Below are positions 1 to 8,806 of a stretch of 64,000 nt of DNA, piece after piece; within the stretch, counting starts at the first letter, position 1; each line of letters opens with the position of its first letter. The position numbers and the translations under genes are program-made. Origin of the DNA: Xylophilus sp. (GTDB lineage: Bacteria; Pseudomonadota; Gammaproteobacteria; Burkholderiales; Burkholderiaceae_C); the NCBI RefSeq assembly GCF_009914555.1, contig NZ_WNDY01000014.1, one strand, 5' to 3'. The notes beneath the pieces were generated by a model. It made no database searches and was not told the origin of the DNA. It saw nothing but the letters and a program-made list of their open reading frames with translations.

Positions 1-100
1 CGTCGGCGTCGGCGTAGCCGCTTTCCTTGAGCAGGTTGCGCACGATGCGGCGCATGGTCGAAAAGTCGTCGACGATCAGGAAGCGCAGGGCGGTCGTCAC
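1..100 (-). CDS. cheY: Chemotaxis response regulator CheY (N-terminal 33 codons; gene runs off the left edge)
   Basis: Minus-strand reading frame from GTG at 100 gives [33 protein letters not shown], near-identical to the CheY N-terminus motif ([20 protein letters not shown]). It lies directly downstream of motAB. Confidence 0.8.
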   Translation of the reverse strand, partial: MTTALRFLIVDDFSTMRRIVRNLLKESGYADAD

Positions 101-176
101 AAGTCACCCTTTCGTTGAGAGATGGCGGAAATGGTTGTCATGGTCGTCGTCGAGGAGTCGGTGCGGGCGCGGCCGG

Positions 177-1160
177 TCACTGCCGGGCGCCGGAAGCGCG
201 ATTGTCCCGTTTTTCGGGCGCGGCGGGTTCGGGGGACGCCCCGGCGGGCGCTTCGGCTGCCGGGGCAGCGGGCGCGGCGGGCGCCGGCTTGCCCGTGCGC
301 AGCAGGCGCTCCTCGGCCTCGCGGGTCATCACGGTGATGGTGATGCGGCGGTTGACCGGCGCGCGCGGGTCCGACGGCTCCAGCGGGTCGCTGGCGGCCA
401 GGCCCACCACCCGGGCCAGCTTGCTGTCGGGCATGCCGGCGGCCACCAGCTCGCGGCGCGAGGCGTTGGCCCGGTCGGCTGACAGCTCCCAGTTGCTGTA
501 GCCGCGGTCGCCGTTGCCGTAGGGCGCGGCGTCGGTATGGCCCGCGAGGCTGATGCGGTTCTCGACCCCGCCGAGCGTGGAGCCGATCTCGCGCAGGATG
601 TCGCGCATGTAGGGCTTCACCAGGGCGCTTCCGGTGTCGAACATCGGCCGGTTCTGGTCGTCCACGATCTGGATCTGCAGGCCGTCGGGCGTCACGTCGA
701 GGCGGATCTGCGAGCGGTACTCGCGCATCTTGGGACTGTCGGTGATCAGCGCGTCGATCCTGGCCTGCAGCTGCCGGATGCGTGCCGCGTCCTGGCGCGC
801 GGCCTCGGCGCGCGCCTGTTCGGGCGTGATGCGGCGGAAGTTGCTCTCCTCCGCGTCGGCGCGGCGCACCTGGCCGTGGACCTTCGAGAGGTCGTTGCCG
901 CCGCCCGGGATGATGCTGGAGCTGTTGCCCGCGCCGCTGCCGCCGGACATCGCCACCTTCAGCGGCGAGAAGAAATATGCGGCGATGCCCTGCAGCTCGC
1001 CCTTGGCCGTGGAGCCGAGCAGCCACATGAGCAGGAAGAAGGCCATCATCGCCGTCACGAAGTCGGCATAGGCGATCTTCCAGGCGCCGCCATGCGCCGT
1101 GTGCTGCGCGCGGCGCACGCGCTTGACGATGATCGGCTGCAGCTTCTTGGAATCGGCCAT
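177..1160 (-). CDS. motB: Flagellar stator protein MotB
   Basis: 327 aa with one N-terminal TM helix (WKIAYADFVTAMMAFFLLMWLL) and a C-terminal OmpA/MotB peptidoglycan-binding domain (LAGHTDAAPY...NRRITI). Located immediately after motA. Confidence 0.93.
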   Translation of the reverse strand: MADSKKLQPIIVKRVRRAQHTAHGGAWKIAYADFVTAMMAFFLLMWLLGSTAKGELQGIAAYFFSPLKVAMSGGSGAGNSSSIIPGGGNDLSKVHGQVRRADAEESNFRRITPEQARAEAARQDAARIRQLQARIDALITDSPKMREYRSQIRLDVTPDGLQIQIVDDQNRPMFDTGSALVKPYMRDILREIGSTLGGVENRISLAGHTDAAPYGNGDRGYSNWELSADRANASRRELVAAGMPDSKLARVVGLAASDPLEPSDPRAPVNRRITITVMTREAEERLLRTGKPAPAAPAAPAAEAPAGASPEPAAPEKRDNRASGARQ

Positions 1161-1208
1161 GGCGGTGCTGTTGCTGTCGTGCGGCGCGCGCTTCTTCTGA
1201 TTTGCCTG

Positions 1209-2069
1209 CTACTTCTTGCCGCGCACGTAGGCTTCGAGCTCCGTGAAGCTCGGTCGGTCGGTGGAGAACAGCACCTTGCGGCCGAACTCGATCGCGGTCG
1301 ACGGGTTGTAGCCCTGCATGCTGGCCAGCAGCGTGGTCTTGATGCACAGCAGCTCCTTGGCCGCGTCTTCCGTTTTCTGCTCCACCAGGCCGCCGATCGG
1401 CTCGACCACGCCGTAGGCCAGCAGGATGCCCAGGAACGTGCCCACGAGCGCGGAGCCGATCATGCCGCCCAGCACCGCCGGCGGCTGGCCGACCGAGCCC
1501 ATGGTGTTGACCACGCCGAGCACGGCGGCCACGATGCCGAAGGCCGGCAGCGCGCCGGCCAGGCGGGCCAGCGCCGCCACGGGGGCGTGGGCCTCCTGGT
1601 GGTGGGTCTCGATCTCGTTGTCCATCAGCGCCTCGATCTCGTGGGCGTTGAGGTTGCCCGAGACCATCATGCGCAGGTAGTCGGTGGTGAACTCCACCAC
1701 GTGGTGGTCGTTGCCGACCAGCGGGTGGGCGGTGAAGATGGGCGATTCCTGCGGCGACTCCACGTCCTTCTCGATGGCCATCAGGCCCTCCTTGCGGGCC
1801 TTTTGCAGGATGTCGTAGAGCATGGCCAGCAGTTCGAGGTAGCGCGCCTTGGTGTACTTGTTGCCCTTGAGCGCGGCCGGCAGCGCCTTGGCGGTCGCCT
1901 TGAGCACCTTGGGCTGGTTGTTGACGACGAAGGCGCCGATGGCCGCGCCCAGGATGGTGGTCAGCTCGAACGGCAGCGCATGCAGCACCACGCTGATGTT
2001 GCCGCCGTGCGCGATGAAGACGCCGAAGATGCAGCCCAGCGTGAGGAGGTAGCCGACGATGACGAACAT
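1209..2069 (-). CDS. motA: Flagellar stator protein MotA
   Basis: 286 aa in the MotA/TolQ/ExbB proton-channel family, with typical MotA N-terminus MFVIVGYLLTLGCIFGVFIAHGG and C-terminal TM3/TM4 (PAFGIVAAVLGVV...VGTFLGILLAYG). Confidence 0.95.
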   Translation of the reverse strand: MFVIVGYLLTLGCIFGVFIAHGGNISVVLHALPFELTTILGAAIGAFVVNNQPKVLKATAKALPAALKGNKYTKARYLELLAMLYDILQKARKEGLMAIEKDVESPQESPIFTAHPLVGNDHHVVEFTTDYLRMMVSGNLNAHEIEALMDNEIETHHQEAHAPVAALARLAGALPAFGIVAAVLGVVNTMGSVGQPPAVLGGMIGSALVGTFLGILLAYGVVEPIGGLVEQKTEDAAKELLCIKTTLLASMQGYNPSTAIEFGRKVLFSTDRPSFTELEAYVRGKK

Positions 2070-2151
2070 GCTGTGGCGGAGGGGATCGGGGGCGGCCGAT
2101 GGGGGCGGTGGGTGGAACGGCGGGGCCGGCTGGCGGAGGTTGTTATCAATG

Positions 2152-2178
2152 GTATCGGATCGGAACGGCAGTTCTTGA
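2152..2178 (-). promoter_or_regulatory. Sigma-28 (FliA)-like promoter for motAB-cheY
   Basis: Minus strand reads TCAAGAAC-N11-TCCGATAC, against the class-3 consensus TAAAGTTT/TCAAG-N11-GCCGATAA (6/8 in the -10). It sits about 75 nt upstream of the motA start and just downstream of the fliC-1 terminator. Confidence 0.5.
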
Positions 2179-2191
2179 GCCCGGCGCCCAT

Positions 2192-2226
2192 GGAAAACGC
2201 CCTGCGGCCTGTGGGCCGGCAGGGCG
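2192..2226 (-). terminator. Rho-independent terminator of flagellin gene 1
   Basis: Minus strand reads CGCCCTGCCGGCC-CACA-GGCCGCAGGGCG followed by TTTTCC, about 25 nt after the flagellin stop codon. Confidence 0.6.
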
Positions 2227-2252
2227 CTGCCTTCGGGGGCGGGGCCGGAGGC

Positions 2253-3812
2253 CTACGACTTGAGCAGTGCGAGCACGCCCTGCGGAATCTGGTTGGCCTG
2301 GGCCACCATCGCCGTGCCGGCCTGCTGCAGGATCTGCGCGCGCGACAGGTTGGCCGTTTCCGAGGCGAAGTCGGCGTCCTGGATGCGCGAGCGGGCCGAC
2401 GAGCTGTTCTCCGAGGTGATCTGCAGGTTCGACACCGTGGTCTCGAAGCGCGACTGCAGGGCGCCGTAGGCGGCGCGCTGGCTGTTGATGGCCGACAGGG
2501 CCGAGTCGACGGTGGCCAGGGTGCGGTTGGCCGCGTCCACCGTGCTCACGTCGAGGTTCTGCACCGTCTGCAGCTGGCTGGCCGAGGAGGTGGACTGGTT
2601 CAGGAAGCCGCCGGACGCACCGCCCGCGCTGTCGGTGGCGCTGAAGGACTTGGCGGAGTCGAGCGTGAGCTGGCCGGTGACGACCACCGCATCGGCCGCG
2701 ACCGTGCCGGTGCCATTGGTCGCCGTGAGCGCGCTGGTGCCGGCGATGGCGGTGCCCGCGGCGTCGGTGAGGCTCAGGTCGTTGCCCGTGGCCGACTTGT
2801 TCAGCAGGTGGATGTCGTTGCCGGCGGCGTTGGTCAGGACGATCGCGTCGCCGGCGTCGTTGACGCGGGCGGTGACGCCCGTCTTCGCCGATACGTCGTT
2901 GAACGCCTTGACGGCTTCGCTGAGGCCGTCGCTGTTGACCTGGCTGCCGACGGTGAAGGACAGCGTCACCGGCTGGCCGGTGCCGTTGTCGGACGCCAGG
3001 TCCAGCTGGTAGGTCGTGCCGGCCTGCAGGCCGGCCAGGTCGACCTCGGTGTGGGCCGTCGCCGTCACGCCGGTCTTCTCGGTCGCCGCGTTGACGGAGG
3101 CGGCCACTTCCTTGGCCGAGGACCCGGCCGCATAGGCCACGTCGGCCGTGCCGTAGGCACCGTTGATCGTGAGGGTGCCGCCGGTGATGGCCGAGGTGCC
3201 GGCTGAGCCTCCCTGGGCCGTGATGGCGTTGGCCGTGCTGCCCAGCGTCAGGTCGCCCGCGCCGCCGACGGTCGTGGCCGCCGCGCCGCCGATGCGGTAG
3301 TTGCCGTAGGCGCTGGCGCTGAAGTTCGACGAGGTAGCCGTGATCGTCTGGTTGGCATTGGCGCCGACCTGGAAGGTGGCGCTCGTGAACGAGCCGTCGA
3401 GCAGCTTGCGGCCGTTGAACTCGGTGCTCTTGGCGATGCGGTCGAGTTCGGAGGTCAGCTGGTTGACTTCGGCGTTCAGCGCCTGGCGGTCGCTGGCCGA
3501 GTTGGTGGCGTTGGCGGTCTGCACGCCCAGTTCGCGGATGCGCTGGAGAATGTCGCCCGCGCTCTTGAGCGCGCCTTCGGCCACCTGGGCCAGCGAGATG
3601 CCGTCGTTGGCATTGCGGGCGGCTTGGTTCAGGCCGCGGAGCTGGGTGGTGAAGCGCTCGGAGATGGCCAGGCCGGCAGCGTCGTCCTTGGCGCTGTTGA
3701 TGCGCAGGCCGGACGAGAGGCGCTGCATGGACGTGTTCAGCGAAGCCTGGCTCGTGGCGAGGTTGCGCTGGGCGGTCAACGAGCTGATGTTCGTATTGAT
3801 GGTTGATGCCAT
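2253..3812 (-). CDS. fliC: Flagellin (paralogue 1, 519 aa)
   Basis: Internal ATG at 3812 within track ORF 2253..5948. Has [18 protein letters not shown]...[24 protein letters not shown] (flagellin N domain) and ...[45 protein letters not shown] (flagellin C domain), with a variable centre. Confidence 0.95.
   Translation of the reverse strand: MASTINTNISSLTAQRNLATSQASLNTSMQRLSSGLRINSAKDDAAGLAISERFTTQLRGLNQAARNANDGISLAQVAEGALKSAGDILQRIRELGVQTANATNSASDRQALNAEVNQLTSELDRIAKSTEFNGRKLLDGSFTSATFQVGANANQTITATSSNFSASAYGNYRIGGAAATTVGGAGDLTLGSTANAITAQGGSAGTSAITGGTLTINGAYGTADVAYAAGSSAKEVAASVNAATEKTGVTATAHTEVDLAGLQAGTTYQLDLASDNGTGQPVTLSFTVGSQVNSDGLSEAVKAFNDVSAKTGVTARVNDAGDAIVLTNAAGNDIHLLNKSATGNDLSLTDAAGTAIAGTSALTATNGTGTVAADAVVVTGQLTLDSAKSFSATDSAGGASGGFLNQSTSSASQLQTVQNLDVSTVDAANRTLATVDSALSAINSQRAAYGALQSRFETTVSNLQITSENSSSARSRIQDADFASETANLSRAQILQQAGTAMVAQANQIPQGVLALLKS
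2289..2613. repeat. Inverted repeat, outer arm A (flagellin C-terminal coding region)
   Basis: Reverse complement matches 5393..5717 with 4 mismatches in 325 bp by manual alignment. Confidence 0.85.
3337..3514. repeat. Perfect 178-bp inverted repeat, inner arm A (flagellin D1 coding region)
   Basis: Reverse complement of 3337..3514 is identical to 4483..4660 by manual base-by-base comparison. Coordinates mirror around 3998.5. Confidence 0.85.
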
Positions 3813-3976
3813 GACGAAACTCCTGGATGCCCGGGCGGGGAACGAAGTGACAACTGCGGACTGCACAGCCGCTGGCCAGGATTCCCGGTGGAGCGCCAGG
3901 AACTTGGGACGATGGGCCGGATTCTGGAGACCGGCCGTCCATCCGAAGCGCCGATAAGCGGGGGCAATCCGGCGCA

Positions 3977-4020
3977 GCTTCGGTTTTCCGGAGGGCGCGG
4001 GCCCTCTGGACAACCGGAAA
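3977..4020. promoter_or_regulatory. Imperfect palindrome at the exact midpoint between the two flagellin start codons
   Basis: GCTTCGGTTTTCCGGAGGGC-gcgg-GCCCTCTGGACAACCGGAAA. The centre (3998.5) equals (3812+4185)/2. Function is unknown; it could be an operator, a cruciform or a duplication scar. Confidence 0.35.
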
Positions 4021-4027
4021 CAAAGCC

Positions 4028-4054
4028 TAAAGTTTCCAGGCCCCCTCCCGAAAA
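4028..4054 (+). promoter_or_regulatory. Sigma-28 (FliA) promoter for flagellin gene 2
   Basis: TAAAGTTT-N11-CCCGAAAA, with a perfect -35 octamer and 6/8 in the -10 against TAAAGTTT-N11-GCCGATAA. About 130 nt upstream of the ATG at 4185. Confidence 0.6.
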
Positions 4055-4184
4055 CCTCCTCAACGGGCTTTTCCCAGGCTCGCCGGCAGGGTCCGAAAGA
4101 CCCGGCCATGTCGGCCAGGCGCGTTCTGGCATTCGGCCCGGCAGCACGCCGGATTTGGTCAGCCACATTGGAGAGTTTTCGAAG

Positions 4185-5753
4185 ATGGCCTCTATCATCA
4201 ACACCAACATCAGCTCGTTGACCGCCCAGCGCAACCTGAGCACGAGCCAAGCCTCCCTGAACACCTCGCTGCAGCGCCTGTCCTCGGGTCTGCGCATCAA
4301 CAGCGCCAAGGACGACGCCGCGGGCCTGGCCATCTCCGAGCGCTTCACCTCGCAGATCCGCGGCCTCGACCAGGCCGCCCGCAATGCCAACGACGGCATC
4401 TCGCTGGCCCAGGTGGCCGAAGGCGCGCTCAAGAGTTCGGGCGATATCCTCCAGCGCATCCGCGAACTCGCCGTGCAGTCGTCCAACGCCACCAACTCGG
4501 CCAGCGACCGCCAGGCGCTGAACGCCGAAGTCAACCAGCTGACCTCCGAACTCGACCGCATCGCCAAGAGCACCGAGTTCAACGGCCGCAAGCTGCTCGA
4601 CGGCTCGTTCACGAGCGCCACCTTCCAGGTCGGCGCCAATGCCAACCAGACGATCACGGCCACCTCGTCGAACTTCAGCACCAACTCCTACGGCAACTAC
4701 CGCATCGGCGGCGCGGCGGCCACGACCGTCGGCGGCGCGGGCGACCTGACGCTGGGCAGCACGGCCAACGCCATCACGGCCCAAGGTGCGATCGGTGCAT
4801 CCGCCATCGCCGCGGCCGGCACGCTGACGATCAACGGCGCCTATGGTTCCGAGGCCGTGGCCTACGCCGCCGGCGCCTCCGCCAAGGATGTCGCGGCCTC
4901 GGTGAACGCGGCAACCGAGAAGACCGGCGTGACGGCGACGGCGCGCACCGAAGTCGGCCTGTCGGGTCTGGAGGCCGGCAAGTCCTACACCCTGAAGCTG
5001 GCATCGGACAACGCCACCAGCCAGGCCGTGACCCTGTCCTTTACGGTCGGCAGCACGCTGAACTCCGACGGCCTGAGCGATGCGGTCAAGGCGTTCAACG
5101 ACGTGTCGTCCAAGACCGGCGTGACGGCCCGCGTCAACGACGCCGGCGACGGCCTGGTCCTGACGAACGCCGCCGGCAACGACATCTCGGTCGTCAACGA
5201 CTCGGCTGCTGCCAACACCATCAACATCACCGACGCGGCCGGCGGCGCGCTGGTAGGCGGTGCCGGTGCCGGCATCGCTGGCAAGGACGGCGCGGGTGCC
5301 TTCGGTACCGATGACCTGGTCATCACCGGCCAACTGACGCTGGACTCCTCCAAGTCCTTCAGCGTGGTCGACAGCGCCGGCGCGGCTGCCGGCGGCGGCT
5401 TCCTGAACCAGTCCACCTCCTCGGCCAGCCAGCTGCAGACGGTGCAGAACCTCGACGTGAGCACGGTGGACGCGGCCAACCGCACCCTGGCCACCGTCGA
5501 CTCGGCCCTGTCGGCCATCAACAGCCAGCGCGCCAGCTACGGCGCCCTGCAGTCGCGCTTCGAGACCACGGTGTCGAACCTGCAGGTCACCTCGGAGAAC
5601 AGCTCGTCGGCCCGCTCGCGCATCCAGGACGCCGACTTCGCCTCGGAAACGGCCAACCTGTCGCGTGCGCAGATCCTGCAGCAGGCCGGCACGGCGATGG
5701 TGGCCCAGGCCAACCAGCTGCCCCAGGGCGTACTGGCGCTGCTGCGCGGCTGA
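4185..5753 (+). CDS. fliC: Flagellin (paralogue 2, 522 aa)
   Basis: Internal ATG at 4185 in track ORF 3888..5753. Has [18 protein letters not shown]...[15 protein letters not shown] and a C-terminus ...[35 protein letters not shown]. An SD-like GGAGAG lies upstream. Confidence 0.95.
   Translation: MASIINTNISSLTAQRNLSTSQASLNTSLQRLSSGLRINSAKDDAAGLAISERFTSQIRGLDQAARNANDGISLAQVAEGALKSSGDILQRIRELAVQSSNATNSASDRQALNAEVNQLTSELDRIAKSTEFNGRKLLDGSFTSATFQVGANANQTITATSSNFSTNSYGNYRIGGAAATTVGGAGDLTLGSTANAITAQGAIGASAIAAAGTLTINGAYGSEAVAYAAGASAKDVAASVNAATEKTGVTATARTEVGLSGLEAGKSYTLKLASDNATSQAVTLSFTVGSTLNSDGLSDAVKAFNDVSSKTGVTARVNDAGDGLVLTNAAGNDISVVNDSAAANTINITDAAGGALVGGAGAGIAGKDGAGAFGTDDLVITGQLTLDSSKSFSVVDSAGAAAGGGFLNQSTSSASQLQTVQNLDVSTVDAANRTLATVDSALSAINSQRASYGALQSRFETTVSNLQVTSENSSSARSRIQDADFASETANLSRAQILQQAGTAMVAQANQLPQGVLALLRG
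4483..4660. repeat. Perfect 178-bp inverted repeat, inner arm B
   Basis: Identical to the reverse complement of 3337..3514. Confidence 0.85.
5393..5717. repeat. Inverted repeat, outer arm B (flagellin C-terminal coding region)
   Basis: About 98.8% identical to the reverse complement of 2289..2613. Confidence 0.85.
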
Positions 5754-5761
5754 TGCGCATG

Positions 5762-5838
5762 GCCGAAGGCGGCGGACCCGGTCCGCCGCCTTCGGCGCTG
5801 GTTTCGGGCGGCAGTTTCTGCCGCCTTTTTGCCTTTTT
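5762..5838 (+). terminator. Tandem hairpin terminator after flagellin gene 2
   Basis: GCCGAAGGCGGCGGAC-ccgg-GTCCGCCGCCTTCGGC (16-bp perfect stem), then GGCGGCAG-ttt-CTGCCGCC followed by TTTTTGCCTTTTT. Confidence 0.75.
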
Positions 5839-5951
5839 GCATGGCGGAGCGGGGTTCGGGGTAGTAACGGCCCGGAAATGCCCGCCTGTTGCGGGGATCG
5901 CGGTTCGGACCGGGCTTCGATAATCCAGGCCGGCACAAGAAGGAGCATCGC

Positions 5952-7364
5952 ATGGCAGGCATGTCATCGGTCGGCATCGGCAGCGGACTGGACGTCCAGA
6001 GCATCGTCTCGCAGCTGGTGGCGCTGGAAAAGAAGCCGTTGGACACCCTGAAGCTCCAGGCCACCGCGACGCAGGCCAAGATCTCCGCCTTCGGCCAGCT
6101 GAAGTCGCTGACCTCGACGCTGCAGGATGCCGCGTCCAAGCTGGCCAGCCTGACGGGATGGAACGGCGTCAAGACCTCCTCGTCCGATGCCTCGATCACG
6201 GTGTCGGCCATCGGCGGCACCAAGCCGAACTCTCTGAGCGTCCAGATCCAGCAGCTGGCCAAGGCGCAGTCCCAGTCGTCGGGGCTCATCCCGTCCGATA
6301 CGGCCGTGGGTGCGGGCACGCTCACCCTTCAGCTCGGCACCTGGAGCAGCGACCACGCCACCTTCACCGCCGGCACCACCGCCGCGGTGAGCATCTCCGT
6401 GAGCGCCAGCGACACGGTGGCCGACATCGCGAGCAAGATCAACGGCTCCGCCACCGCCGGCGTCACGGCCACGGTGCTCAGCGATGCATCGGGGCAGCGG
6501 CTGCTGCTGCGCTCCAAGGCGACCGGCGAGGCCGCGGGCTTCCAGCTGTCGGTCGCCGACAGCGACGGCGACTCGACCGATGCCAGCGGGCTGTCCCGCC
6601 TGGTGGCGGGCAGCGGCGCCGGGATCACCGAATATGGCCAGAATGCCAAGGCGACGGTCAACGGCGCCTCGGTCAGTTCGGCCTCCAACACCTTCGCCAA
6701 TACGGTGTCCGGCGTGACCTTCACGGCCACGGCGGTGACCACGACCGCCGCGCAGATCGAGATCACGGCCGACACCGACGCGATGCAGGCCAACGTCGAA
6801 GCGTTCGTCAAGGCCTACAACGACGTCAACCAGCTGATCAACAGCAACACCAGCTACGACGCCGCGGCCAAGCTCGGCGGCTTGCTGCAGGGCGACTCGG
6901 CAGCCATCACGCTGCAAAACACCTTGCGCAGCGCATTGCAGGCGGTGACGGCCAACAGCAGCACGTTCTCGCGCCTCTCCGACATCGGCGTGTCGGTATT
7001 GCAGGGCGGCGACCTGGAACTCGATTCGTCCAAGCTGGCCAAGGCATTGGAAAACCCCGATGCCGCCTCGCAGCTGTTCCGCGGATCGGACACGGACCTG
7101 ACCGACGGTTTCGCCGAGAAGTTCAAGGCGATGACGCAGAAACTGCTGGCGACCGATGGCTTCTTCTCGACCAAGGACGCGTCGCTGCAAAAAGCGGTCA
7201 AGAGCAACTCCGACGAGCAGGACAAGGTCAACGAGAAGGCCACCAACCTCGAAACCCGCCTCAATGCGCGCTATGCGGCGCTGGACTCGCAGATGGCCAG
7301 CCTGAACGCGCTCAACGCCTACGTCACCCAGCAGGTCACGACCTGGAACAAGTCGACCGGCTGA
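5952..7364 (+). CDS. fliD: Flagellar filament cap protein FliD
   Basis: 470 aa, [36 protein letters not shown]...[11 protein letters not shown] (FliD N domain) with a C-terminal ...[27 protein letters not shown] coiled coil. RBS AAGGAG lies 7 nt upstream. Confidence 0.9.
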   Translation: MAGMSSVGIGSGLDVQSIVSQLVALEKKPLDTLKLQATATQAKISAFGQLKSLTSTLQDAASKLASLTGWNGVKTSSSDASITVSAIGGTKPNSLSVQIQQLAKAQSQSSGLIPSDTAVGAGTLTLQLGTWSSDHATFTAGTTAAVSISVSASDTVADIASKINGSATAGVTATVLSDASGQRLLLRSKATGEAAGFQLSVADSDGDSTDASGLSRLVAGSGAGITEYGQNAKATVNGASVSSASNTFANTVSGVTFTATAVTTTAAQIEITADTDAMQANVEAFVKAYNDVNQLINSNTSYDAAAKLGGLLQGDSAAITLQNTLRSALQAVTANSSTFSRLSDIGVSVLQGGDLELDSSKLAKALENPDAASQLFRGSDTDLTDGFAEKFKAMTQKLLATDGFFSTKDASLQKAVKSNSDEQDKVNEKATNLETRLNARYAALDSQMASLNALNAYVTQQVTTWNKSTG

Positions 7365-7458
7365 CCCGACCCCTGCGGCCCTTCAGATCGGCAGCCCGAT
7401 GCCGATAGACAGAACAGACACAAAACAGATTGCTTCGACGACGCCAAGGACCGCTGCC

Positions 7459-7869
7459 ATGTACCGCCCGCCCAGTTCCCGCTCTGCCAACGCATACCAG
7501 CGCATCAACGTCGAGACCAGCATGCACACGATCGACCAGCACCGTCTGGTCGGTCTGCTGTTCGAGGGCGTGCTCGGCGCCATCGCAACGGCGCGCGGCG
7601 CGCTGGCCCGCGGGGACGTGCTGACCAAGTGCAATGCCGTCAACCGCGCCGTGCGCATTCTGGAAGAGGGCCTGGCCACCGGCCTCGACACCGTCGACGG
7701 CGGCGAACTGGCATCGAATCTGGAGGCGCTCTACGATTACTGCACGCGCCAGCTGATCCTGGCCAACGCACGCAACGACGACGTGGTGCTTCAGCAGGTG
7801 GCGCGCCTCGTCGAGACGGTCGCCCAGGGCTGGAGCCAGATCCGCACCGGCGAGGCGGTGGAGGCATGA
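7459..7869 (+). CDS. fliS: Flagellin-specific chaperone FliS
   Basis: 136 aa from the internal ATG; the track ORF starts at 7399. MYRPPSSRSANAYQRINVETS...HRLVGLLFEGVLGAI...NAVNRAVRILEEGL is a typical FliS helix-bundle pattern. The start codon is uncertain. Confidence 0.85.
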   Translation: MYRPPSSRSANAYQRINVETSMHTIDQHRLVGLLFEGVLGAIATARGALARGDVLTKCNAVNRAVRILEEGLATGLDTVDGGELASNLEALYDYCTRQLILANARNDDVVLQQVARLVETVAQGWSQIRTGEAVEA

Positions 7870-8171
7870 CCATGCCCGAGCGCCTGATCGACTACTACAA
7901 GGCCATCGAGGAGAGCAGCCACAAGATGCTCGAAGCCGCGCGCTCGCGCGACTGGGACGAGGTGGTGCGCCACGAGGGCGCCTGCGCCGTGCTGATCGAG
8001 CAGTTGCGCTACCGCTCCCGCGTGGAGGAACTGCCGCCGGAGCAGCGCCGCGAGAAGACCCGGATCATGCAGCGCATCCTGCGCAACGACGCCCAGATCC
8101 GCTGCCTGGCCGAGCCCTGGCTGTCGCAGTTCGAGCACCTGTTCGAAGGCCAGCCGCAGACAATGCACTGA
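7866..8171 (+). CDS. fliT: Flagellar chaperone FliT-like protein
   Basis: 101 aa with an ATGA overlap onto the fliS stop. Position after fliD-fliS and the helical sequence (LIDYYKAIEESSHKMLEAARSRDWDEVVRHEGACAVLIEQL) are typical of FliT. Sequence similarity in this family is weak. Confidence 0.6.
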   Translation: MTMPERLIDYYKAIEESSHKMLEAARSRDWDEVVRHEGACAVLIEQLRYRSRVEELPPEQRREKTRIMQRILRNDAQIRCLAEPWLSQFEHLFEGQPQTMH

Positions 8172-8195
8172 CCACCGGCCCGGCGCCGCAAAGGC

Positions 8196-8220
8196 CAAGG
8201 GCACCCTCGGGTGCCCTGGT
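8196..8220. terminator. Hairpin between convergent fliT and fliE (bidirectional terminator candidate)
   Basis: AGGGCACCC-tc-GGGTGCCCT followed by GGTTGTGTG. Confidence 0.5.
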
Positions 8221-8289
8221 TGTGTGCCGGGAGTATATGGCTAGAGTGGGCGAAACACGGGCGCAAGCGACGCTATCTGCCGGGAGTAT

Positions 8290-8616
8290 TCAGACCTGCA
8301 TGTTCATGATGTCCGAATAGGCCTGCACCATGCGGTTGCGCACGTGCACCACGGACTGGAAGCCGATCTGCGCCTTCTGGATCGCCACCATGGTCTGCTC
8401 CAGGCTCACGCTGGGGTTCTCCAGCTGCACTTCGCGCTGCAGCGCGGTGGACTGGTCCTGCGCCGCGCTGACCGATTGCAGCGCGCCGCGCAGGGCCGTG
8501 GAGAAGCCGGCGCTGCCGGTGCCGTCTTCGGCTGCCGGCCGGGGCGCCACTGCGCGGCGGGCGGCCGACGCGGCGTGGGTGGCGGTCAGCGGCGAGGACG
8601 GGATGCGCAGGTCCAT
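8290..8616 (-). CDS. fliE: Flagellar hook-basal body protein FliE
   Basis: 108 aa with the C-terminus ...TMVAIQKAQIGFQSVVHVRNRMVQAYSDIMNMQV characteristic of FliE. Confidence 0.9.
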   Translation of the reverse strand: MDLRIPSSPLTATHAASAARRAVAPRPAAEDGTGSAGFSTALRGALQSVSAAQDQSTALQREVQLENPSVSLEQTMVAIQKAQIGFQSVVHVRNRMVQAYSDIMNMQV

Positions 8617-8806
8617 GGCGGGCTCGTGTGTCGGAAGGGATGAACGGGTTGACGGTAGGGGATGCTAGGGCGGCGCGGCCCGGGCGGACGGCCGAAATGA
8701 AGAGCAAAGGCGCGCTTTATCGGGCGAACGGCGGCGGGGCGGGTTCCCATAATCGCCCTCCAAGGCCGGGGCCGTGCGCGCCCGGCCGAACCTGGAACCA
8801 CCGCCC

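Noticed and set aside
537-3206. Other very long shadow ORFs: 537..3206 (+), 8717..10540 (-), 18371..21013 (+), 28322..30715 (-), 32215..34185 (-), 44696..47041 (-), 55039..56715 (-), 57168..58730 (-)
   Set aside because: All lie antisense to or out of frame with genes that have strong family signatures (motAB/fliC, fliF, ABC genes, cheA, GDE, spoT, resB, ccsB). Their translations are dominated by R/A/G/H/P/Q runs with no recognisable motifs. This is the expected behaviour of high-GC sequence.
8717-8724. CCCGATAA (minus strand) upstream of fliE as a possible sigma-28 promoter
   Set aside because: There is no matching -35 element, and fliE is normally an early (class 2) gene rather than FliA-dependent. 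Treated as a chance match.
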